Positions 29,341-36,547 of a DNA stretch of 64,000 nucleotides are shown piece after piece; the first letter of the stretch is position 1; every line of letters starts with the position of its first letter. The stretch lies in the NCBI GenBank assembly GCA_038244685.1, contig JBBRTD010000001.1, forward strand, positions 259,569-323,568, read 5' to 3'. The DNA is from Minisyncoccia bacterium (GTDB lineage Bacteria > Patescibacteriota > Minisyncoccia > Phycocordibacterales > UBA9973). Below the pieces are notes generated by a model, which was given only the letters and a program-made list of their open reading frames with translations, made no database searches and had not been told where the DNA came from. A program made the position numbers and the translations under genes.

Positions 29341-30537
29341 ATGAACAAGATAAATGATGAATTATTAACAAGAGGGATATCTGCTATTTACCCAGCTAAG
29401 GAATTTTTAGAAAGTAAAATAAAAAAAGGAGAAAAGCTAACAATATATCTAGGTATTGATCCAACCGGACCCACTCTTCATCTTGGGCATGCAATTCCAA
29501 TTAAAAAATTAAGCGAATTTCAAAAAGCCGGACACAAAGTAATACTATTGATGGGGGATTTTACTGCTATGATTGGAGACCCTACAGACAAGGGGGCGGC
29601 CAGAAAACAACTTACCCATAAGGAAGTTATGGTTAATTTAAAAAATTATAAGAAGCAAGCTAGCTTTCTGCTTTCATTTAAAGGTAAAAATGCAGCCAAT
29701 ATAATGTTTAATTCAAAATGGCTTGGCAAAATGAATTTTGCTGATGTTATAAACCTTGCTTCAAAAATGACCGTTCAACAAATGTTAGAGCGTGATATGT
29801 TTAAAAAAAGAACAGAGGAAAATAAGCCTATATTTATTCATGAGTTTATGTACCCGCTCATGCAAGCTTATGATAGTGTGGCCATGGATGTAGACGGAGA
29901 GATTGGAGGTAATGACCAGATTTTTAACATGCTTTGTGGTCGTGACTTAATGAAAACACTAAAAGGAAAAGAAAAATTTGTTATAGCCCTAAAGCTTCTC
30001 GAAGATAATAATGGTATAAAAATGGGTAAGTCAGATGGAAATATGTCAGCTCTCTCTGACACCGCCGAACAAATGTTTGGAAGTGTTATGAGTTGGAATG
30101 ACGGTTTACTTCTTTCAAGCTTTGAACTTTGCACAAATATTTCATTAGATGAAATAGAAACTATTAAAAAAGATATAAATACAAATAAGGCTAACTTCCG
30201 CGATTTAAAAATGAAACTCTCTAGAGAAATTGTTGCCATATATCACGGCGATAAAAAAGCTAAAGAAGCAGAAGAAAACTGGATAAATGTTTTTTCGAAG
30301 AAAGAGATACCAACTGATATTGAGGAAATATTAGGGGAAGAGGGGATATTATTGGTAGATATACTTTTAAATAATAAAATTGTTTCCTCAAAAAGCGATT
30401 TTCGTAGGTTGGTAGAAGAAAAAGCAATTACTAATTTGGATACGAACGATAAGATTTCTTCTATTACAGAAATAGCCAAAGAGGGTGTGTATAGAATAGG
30501 AAAGAAAAGATTCTGCAAAATTTCAATTTCTAAATAA
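29341..30537 (+). CDS. tyrS: Tyrosine--tRNA ligase
   Basis: GIDPTGPTLHLGH, YPLMQAYD, GGNDQ, KMGKS and an S4-like C-terminus. Confidence 0.96.
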   Translation: MNKINDELLTRGISAIYPAKEFLESKIKKGEKLTIYLGIDPTGPTLHLGHAIPIKKLSEFQKAGHKVILLMGDFTAMIGDPTDKGAARKQLTHKEVMVNLKNYKKQASFLLSFKGKNAANIMFNSKWLGKMNFADVINLASKMTVQQMLERDMFKKRTEENKPIFIHEFMYPLMQAYDSVAMDVDGEIGGNDQIFNMLCGRDLMKTLKGKEKFVIALKLLEDNNGIKMGKSDGNMSALSDTAEQMFGSVMSWNDGLLLSSFELCTNISLDEIETIKKDINTNKANFRDLKMKLSREIVAIYHGDKKAKEAEENWINVFSKKEIPTDIEEILGEEGILLVDILLNNKIVSSKSDFRRLVEEKAITNLDTNDKISSITEIAKEGVYRIGKKRFCKISISK

Positions 30538-30540
30538 ATT

Positions 30541-30590
30541 AAAAAACAGATGTTGTACGTCTACGGGAGACGTTCAACATCTGTTTTTTT
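30541..30590. repeat. REP-like palindrome / bidirectional terminator (family copy)
   Basis: aaaaaacagatgttgtacgtct-acggg-agacgttcaacatctgtttttt. Near-identical copy at 47431. Confidence 0.8.
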
Positions 30591-30601
30591 TGTATACCAA
30601 T

Positions 30602-30802
30602 TTAATAATCTGAAGATCCATCTAATCCAACAAAGTCGTCTGTTTCTTCTTCGTCTACTTCTTCGTCGGTAATTAACTCATCGTCTAAAATTTCATCATC
30701 TAATGGATCATCAAGGTCATCAGGAGAAATTAATATATCAACTTCTTCATCGCTTACCTCAACTCCGACACTATTTAATTCTTCCTCTTCTTTATAGCTC
30801 AT
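30602..30802 (-). CDS. Small highly acidic hypothetical protein
   Basis: 66-aa ORF dominated by Asp and Glu, with an upstream TATAAT-like element. Confidence 0.65.
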   Translation of the reverse strand: MSYKEEEELNSVGVEVSDEEVDILISPDDLDDPLDDEILDDELITDEEVDEEETDDFVGLDGSSDY

Positions 30803-30893
30803 AAATTAATATTTAAGATTTAAAAACATATTATAATGACTATTTGTATCAAAATATTATTTTCTTTGCAATAGCTTGGAGCTGTGGAAAACT

Positions 30894-31385
30894 CTATTTA
30901 TATTTAAGGTTAAATTTTTCACAGGCTAAACAGGTAATTCCTATGGCAATTGCGTCTAATTCGTCATCAGAATTGGTTTCTGTTTTTATATCAATTAGCT
31001 TTCTGACCATTGAGATAACCATATCTTTTGTTGATTTGCCGTAGCCCGTAACTGCAATTTTTATTTGGGGCGGGGTGTACTCAAAAACCAGTAAACCATT
31101 CCTTGATGCAGTATAGACCATAACCCCCCTGGCCTCTGAAACACCCATTACTGTTTTTTGATTTGTTGTAAAATATAGCTTTTCGATAGCTAGGGCTTCT
31201 GGTTTGTATTTTTTTATAACCCTTTCTAATTCTTCACCGATTAGGGTCAATCGAGAATGGAAGGGGATTTTTGGAGAGGTTTTAAAACAAGCTGAATACA
31301 CCAAGTCATGCTTTGGTTTTAGTGATTTATCTAATATAGCTATTCCCATTCTTTCAAAGCCGGGATCTATTGCAAGTATTCTCAT
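30894..31385 (-). CDS. ruvC: Holliday junction resolvase RuvC
   Basis: MRILAIDPG, AIEKLYF, EYTPPQIK and DDELDAIAI. True start is the ATG at 31385. Confidence 0.95.
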   Translation of the reverse strand: MRILAIDPGFERMGIAILDKSLKPKHDLVYSACFKTSPKIPFHSRLTLIGEELERVIKKYKPEALAIEKLYFTTNQKTVMGVSEARGVMVYTASRNGLLVFEYTPPQIKIAVTGYGKSTKDMVISMVRKLIDIKTETNSDDELDAIAIGITCLACEKFNLKYK

Positions 31386-31422
31386 TATTTTTTTATTTTC
31401 TGGAGTTAAAATGAAAGAAAAT

Positions 31423-32415
31423 TTATTTCTCAATAAAATCAAAACCTAAATGCTCGTAAGCTTTTTTTGTAACAGTTCTACCACGACTTGTTCTCTCTAA
31501 TAATCCTAATTGTATTAAATATGGTTCAATAACTTCTTCTATTGTGGCCTCTTCTTCACTAGTTGCAGCTGAAACAGTTTTAAGTCCGACAGGTCCACCA
31601 TTAAATTTATTTATTATTATTTCAAGGACACGTCTATCAGAAGAAGTTAATCCGATTTCATCAATCTCAAGAAGGGCCAAAGCGCTCTTAACAGCACCCT
31701 TAGAAAGAGGAATTTTGTTTACTTGAGCGTAGTCGCGACATCGCTTCAAGAAATAGTTTGCCGTACGAGGTGTGAATCTTGCTCTTTTGGCAATCTCATC
31801 AAGGGCATCACTGTCTAATTCAACACCTAGGATATTCGCAGAACGCGAGACAATTTTTTTAATTTCATCATGAGTATAAAATTCAAGTCGAAAAACTCCA
31901 CCCGAAAATCTAGAACGAAGAGGAGAAGACAGAAGAGCAATTCTTGTTGTCGCTGCAATTAAAGTAAAAGGAGGTAATTCTAGCTGTATTGTTCTTGCTG
32001 ATGGACCTTTACCAATAATAATATCCAAGACTCCTGATTCCATAGCAGGGTAGAGAACCTCTTCAACCATTTTATTTAGACGATGAATTTCATCTATGAA
32101 TACAATATCGCCAGGGGCCAAATTTGTAAGAATAGAAGCCAAGTCTCCAACTTTTTCAATCGCAGGACCCGATGTGATTTTTATTTGGCGACGAGTCTCT
32201 TTGGCTATTAAATGAGCCAATGTTGTCTTGCCAAGACCTGGTGGACCATAGAAAAGGATGTGTTCAGCTGGGTGAGATCTCTCTTCAGCGGCAGTTAAAA
32301 GTATTTTTAAATTCGCTTTTATATTTTCTTGGCCAACATAATCATCCCAGATAGTTGGACGTAATGTTTGGTCTAAAAAGCCCTCATCTTTTGTTGTTGT
32401 ATCTTTACTTGACAT
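31423..32415 (-). CDS. ruvB: Holliday junction helicase RuvB
   Basis: GPPGLGKTTLA, FIDEIHRL and EPYLIQLGLLERTSRGR. Confidence 0.97.
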   Translation of the reverse strand: MSSKDTTTKDEGFLDQTLRPTIWDDYVGQENIKANLKILLTAAEERSHPAEHILFYGPPGLGKTTLAHLIAKETRRQIKITSGPAIEKVGDLASILTNLAPGDIVFIDEIHRLNKMVEEVLYPAMESGVLDIIIGKGPSARTIQLELPPFTLIAATTRIALLSSPLRSRFSGGVFRLEFYTHDEIKKIVSRSANILGVELDSDALDEIAKRARFTPRTANYFLKRCRDYAQVNKIPLSKGAVKSALALLEIDEIGLTSSDRRVLEIIINKFNGGPVGLKTVSAATSEEEATIEEVIEPYLIQLGLLERTSRGRTVTKKAYEHLGFDFIEK

Positions 32416-32477
32416 TATATTTTTAGTATGCTATACTCTCTTTGTAACTTGATATGGTAATTATAGCATTTTTGTGA

Positions 32478-32631
32478 AGAGGACATAAATCTCTAAGCAA
32501 TCGGCCCCGTGCTCTATATATGTGCATAGGACGTCTTGGTTTATATTTATATTTACTGGGTCTATCCTGTAAGCTTATATTACTTTGTTAGCGCATGCTT
32601 TCAAAGGATTGTTTAGAGATTTATGTTTTTT
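32478..32631 (+). ncRNA. Candidate structured ncRNA with 6S-RNA-like rod
   Basis: ~25-bp closing stem (ggacataaatctctaagcaatc / gattgtttagagatttatgttt), an internal bubble and a long imperfect apical stem with G-U pairs on the + strand. Upstream TGcTATACT at 32429-32437. Confidence 0.5.
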
Positions 32632-32640
32632 TCTTTATAT

Positions 32641-32758
32641 TAAAAAGGTGTAATAGTTTTATCAGAGGTGCATGCGCAAGGCCGACGGGCCGAGCAATGA
32701 GGAAATTTCTAGCAAGAAATTATCCGGACCCTCTGAGAAAATCTATTACACCTTTTTA
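32641..32758. repeat. Fold-back (MITE/REPIN-like) element
   Basis: ~28-bp inverted arms taaaaaggtgtaatagttttatcagagg / cctctgagaaaatctattacaccttttta around a GC-richer core. Confidence 0.65.
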
Positions 32759-32768
32759 TTTTATAATC

Positions 32769-34475
32769 TTAATCTTCGTATAAATCTACAACCGAAGCCA
32801 CTTCTTCATAAGAAGTAATACCACGTAATATCTTTAAGATTCCATCCTCTTGAATTGTAAGTGATATTTGAGTTCGAGCTACTTCTTTTATTTCTCTTTC
32901 ACTTGGATTTCTGGTTATAATCTCTTCAATTTTCGCATCATTATAAATTGCTTCAAAGATTCCTATCTGTCCATGATAACCAGTATTATTACATTCTGGA
33001 CATCCAACCGGTTCATACATTTTAAAAGGTATAGTTATATCAATACCATAATCAGCAAAACTCTTGCCGTAAGACTTTGCTTTTTCTATTGAAGAATTTA
33101 TTACCTTCAATTCGTCTTCTTTTATAATTCTTTCTTTTTTACAATGAATACAAAGTCTTCGGACTAATCGCTGAGCAATTGATAGGGCTAAAGCGGAAAC
33201 CAAAATTTTAGGATTAACATCTAAATCAATTAAACGGGGGATTACTCCTGCGGCATTGTTGGTGTGAAGAGTTGAGAAGACTAAGTGACCAGTCAAAGCA
33301 GACTCAACTGCAATTTTGGCTGTTTCGCTGTCTCTTATTTCTCCAACCATGATAACATCTGGATCTTGACGAAGGGCTGAACGTAGACCCTCTAGGAAAG
33401 TATAACCTTTTTCGCTATCTGTTTGAGTTTGAGTAATTCCAGGTAGGTGATATTCAATCGGGTCTTCAATTGTAATAATTTTAATTTCTGTTGAGTAAAT
33501 TTTTTGAAGGAAAGAATAGAGTGTTGTTGTTTTACCGGAACCAGTTGGACCAGTTAAAAGAATAAGACCATTAGGCTTTCTTATTTCTTTCATAAAAATT
33601 TCGTATAATTTTGGCTCAATACCCATATCTTCCAACTTAACTCTTATGGATTTAGGGTTGAGTATTCTCATAACAATAGATTCACCATATGCTCCTGGAA
33701 TAAGAGAGACACGAAGAGAGATTTCATCTTGATCAAGATAAATACTAAAGCGTCCGTCCTGGGCAATAGAACTAGCAGTAATTTTTAAACCAGAGATAAG
33801 TTTAATTCTAGAATTTATAAATTTGTGAGCAGCTGGAGTTATTTCCATAACTTCATGTAATATTCCATCAAGTCTGAAACGTAAACGAACTGTATTTTCT
33901 TCTGGTTCGAAGTGTATATCAGAAGCATTAATAGCGACAGCTCCAGCGATTGCAATCTCTAGTATGTGTGAGGTTGTATGGATATTATCTTTCTCAATGT
34001 CTTGGACGGCCTTTCTAATATCATCAACATTTTTTATATTAACCATTATTTTCTTAAGAGAATCTCCAGAAATGGCAATGCTTCCAGACTTTGATTCTGA
34101 AGCATAAGAAATTTCCTTATATCGATCCCAAGCTTTTTCTAGACTAGACTTAGATGCCATATAAAAATGGGGTATATACTCATGGTCTGTAAAAAACTTA
34201 CGCAAGTTTATTAATTTGTCTGGCTGAGGTGATCGGACAGCAACGTGAATATCTTTTCCAAGAAGTTTAAATGGAGCCACTTCTAATTCTCTTGCTTCTT
34301 TTTCTTGTATCGTGCGAAGAGCATCATTATCTATTGGAATAGAAGAAAGATTAATAGGGGGTACTCCATAACGAACTTGAGCCAAGGCTTCCACTAAATC
34401 TTCCTCTTCCTTCTTTCTTAAATCTAAAAAGTTTTTATTCTGCTTGTCGTCATCAAATTGAATAGTCATATGCAA
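32769..34475 (-). CDS. pilB: Type IV pilus assembly ATPase PilB/GspE
   Basis: ASDIHFEP, GPTGSGKTTT, TIEDPIEY, LRQDPDVIMVGEIRD, TGHLVFSTLHTN and Cys Zn motifs. Confidence 0.92.
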   Translation of the reverse strand: MHMTIQFDDDKQNKNFLDLRKKEEEDLVEALAQVRYGVPPINLSSIPIDNDALRTIQEKEARELEVAPFKLLGKDIHVAVRSPQPDKLINLRKFFTDHEYIPHFYMASKSSLEKAWDRYKEISYASESKSGSIAISGDSLKKIMVNIKNVDDIRKAVQDIEKDNIHTTSHILEIAIAGAVAINASDIHFEPEENTVRLRFRLDGILHEVMEITPAAHKFINSRIKLISGLKITASSIAQDGRFSIYLDQDEISLRVSLIPGAYGESIVMRILNPKSIRVKLEDMGIEPKLYEIFMKEIRKPNGLILLTGPTGSGKTTTLYSFLQKIYSTEIKIITIEDPIEYHLPGITQTQTDSEKGYTFLEGLRSALRQDPDVIMVGEIRDSETAKIAVESALTGHLVFSTLHTNNAAGVIPRLIDLDVNPKILVSALALSIAQRLVRRLCIHCKKERIIKEDELKVINSSIEKAKSYGKSFADYGIDITIPFKMYEPVGCPECNNTGYHGQIGIFEAIYNDAKIEEIITRNPSEREIKEVARTQISLTIQEDGILKILRGITSYEEVASVVDLYED

Positions 34476-34560
34476 TAATTATATATTATAAGGTTTTTAA
34501 AAGCGAATAATTTAGAAAAATATTTTAATTTTCCGAAATTTTATTATAAATTGGGTCGTA

Positions 34561-34681
34561 TAAGGGGTTGACAAATCTTGTTAAATATGCTTTCATATAA
34601 GGGAATGAGTATTTGTGATTACTATATATGCCTCTCAAATCTGGGTGTTATATATAGTAATCACAAATTAAAATTAAAAAC
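34561..34681 (+). promoter_or_regulatory. Sigma70-type promoter plus 5' leader hairpin (copy 1)
   Basis: GGGG-TTGACA (34568)-17 nt-TTTCAT with extended TG. 18-bp perfect stem 34611-28/34651-68 with apical TCTCAAATCTGGG. Confidence 0.75.
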
Positions 34682-35287
34682 ATGAAAAATTTAGTTATTT
34701 TAGGAATTGTCCTATTGTTAGGAGTCGTTTATGCATGTAAAACAACACAAGTGGCTCCACCCCAGCAACTTCCAGCACAGCAGTTGGAACAAAAGTTGCC
34801 TGATTTATGGCTTCAGGATACATACTCGGCAATAGACCCGAGTGATCCTGTAACATTCTACAATGAGCATGAGATAATTGTTAGGGCAGAGATCCCTAAA
34901 AAAACGATTATGTTCAAAGATGGGAATACTTATCGGATTGACAGCTCGACTGTTGTTTCGTTTGTAATTCCAGCTATGACGCCAGGAGTTCTCATTAAGG
35001 CAAACAGGACAAAAACCGGTTTAACTGAGATGATTATATCCTTTGACGAGTCTGATCCAAACTACACATGTTCGTTTGTTGTAATGCCAAGTAAGGCATT
35101 TACATTAAACTCAAACATGAAAATTTCTTTTGAAGGTAAAACTTACGCTGTCAAAGCCTCTATTAAGGGAGATGGCTCGGGATTAAACAGATTAAGGTCA
35201 AATTTTTATGATCTAAAACAGCAGAACCAAATTAATGGCTCCGCTGCCGGCAGAAATGCTAGCGGAACCAAAATCATCAGTAAATAA
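34682..35287 (+). CDS. Putative lipoprotein with Bacteroidota-style signal peptide
   Basis: MKNLVILGIVLLLGVVYA-CKTTQ lipobox. Monocistronic with its own terminator. Confidence 0.75.
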   Translation: MKNLVILGIVLLLGVVYACKTTQVAPPQQLPAQQLEQKLPDLWLQDTYSAIDPSDPVTFYNEHEIIVRAEIPKKTIMFKDGNTYRIDSSTVVSFVIPAMTPGVLIKANRTKTGLTEMIISFDESDPNYTCSFVVMPSKAFTLNSNMKISFEGKTYAVKASIKGDGSGLNRLRSNFYDLKQQNQINGSAAGRNASGTKIISK

Positions 35288-35315
35288 AACAGAAGTTTTA
35301 TTTAAAATATAAATT

Positions 35316-35352
35316 AATTCCCTTAACTAATTATGTTAAGGGAATTTTTTTT
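35316..35352 (+). terminator. Intrinsic terminator of cassette 1
   Basis: aattcccttaac-taattat-gttaagggaatt followed by a T tract. Confidence 0.8.
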
Positions 35353-35495
35353 ATTAAATTATTAATTATAGATTTAATAATCATTTTTATAATTCTAAAA
35401 CCAGTCTTATTTCATAATAATATATCTCAGTATTTCAAAGAAAAATTACATATTAAGCTTTTCGTTTCGTCAAATTAGCCATAAAGGGGAGTCTT

Positions 35496-35629
35496 TAATG
35501 GGGTTGACAAGAGTGACCAAATATGCTATCATATAGACAAATGTTTTAGTTTTAAGTGTTTTATTTGTTTCTCAAATTTGGGGAGTAAATATAACGCTTA
35601 AAATTAAAAAAACAAAAAAAACGAAAGAT
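35496..35629 (+). promoter_or_regulatory. Sigma70-type promoter plus 5' leader hairpin (copy 2)
   Basis: GGGG-TTGACA (35504)-17 nt-TATCAT with extended TG. Stem 35544-60/35593-609 with apical TCTCAAATTTGGG. Confidence 0.75.
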
Positions 35630-36406
35630 ATGAGAGCATTGGTTATTATTTTTATTTTAACCCTAGGATGGTTAAAATCAAATGGGCAAACTGGACCCGT
35701 ATTCCAGTACACGAATCCTTCGAAGCAAGAGATTTATAGTCTTGCTACAGAAGAAAGCCCAAAAGGCTATGCATTTAGAACTTATCTCTTGGATGTTATT
35801 AATTCTGGTTTAAAAGATACAACATTACGTGTTTCATTAGTAAACATAAATGATGTATTTAATAATTTATACTTCGAAGAGATTTATCTCGAAGAAGGAA
35901 AATATTTAAACTCTGGATATAATCCATCCAAAAGAAAAATGGTTCCAAGTGTAGGACACCAATGGACAGGTTTCGGCTGGGTCTATAAGATTGGAACATT
36001 TTCAATTAAGACTTTAAAAGGGGATTGTGCTAATATTTTAAGCGCAATGCCAGTAAGAAGTTTTGTATTGCAAAGCTCTTTTCCTCCACTACCAAAGAAT
36101 TCGGAGGTAAAAACTGCTTCTTTCAATTTTCCAGAAGATTTAGGTGGTTCTGCTATTGTAACAAAAGAGCAACCAGTACAAAAACCTTGGTCTTATGAGC
36201 CACCAGTTAAACATAAGAAGAAATTCTTCCGTAGAACTGGAGTTGTCATTGGCGGTGTTGTTGTCGGAGTTGGTTTAGGTGGATTAGTTTATGCAATTTT
36301 GCATAAGAAAGGTTCATCTGAACATGGAACAATGTCTGGCGGTAGGCCATTCGTTGACCCGGCAAATGTCACAATCCCTGACCCAGGCGCTGGGAGAGGA
36401 GATTGA
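35630..36406 (+). CDS. Secreted hypothetical protein with C-terminal TM anchor
   Basis: Signal peptide ...LKSNG|QT. Basic KHKKKFFRR followed by a Gly-rich TM segment. Confidence 0.75.
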   Translation: MRALVIIFILTLGWLKSNGQTGPVFQYTNPSKQEIYSLATEESPKGYAFRTYLLDVINSGLKDTTLRVSLVNINDVFNNLYFEEIYLEEGKYLNSGYNPSKRKMVPSVGHQWTGFGWVYKIGTFSIKTLKGDCANILSAMPVRSFVLQSSFPPLPKNSEVKTASFNFPEDLGGSAIVTKEQPVQKPWSYEPPVKHKKKFFRRTGVVIGGVVVGVGLGGLVYAILHKKGSSEHGTMSGGRPFVDPANVTIPDPGAGRGD

Positions 36407-36451
36407 TTATCTTTTATTTTTTAAAAATTGCACATTATCTAAATTAAGTAA

Positions 36452-36483
36452 TGGTGAAAAGTTTGCTTGCAAACTTTTCACCA
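36452..36483. terminator. Perfect hairpin after cassette 2
   Basis: tggtgaaaagtttgc-tt-gcaaacttttcacca with a weak U tract. Confidence 0.55.
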
Positions 36484-36547
36484 CCTCTTTAAGTCTCCAA
36501 CTCTTCGAAGGGTTGAAGGTTTAAAATTGTAACAATTATTAATTATT

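Noticed and set aside
32595-32783. 62-aa ORF across the fold-back element
   Set aside because: It is an incidental reading of palindromic non-coding DNA.
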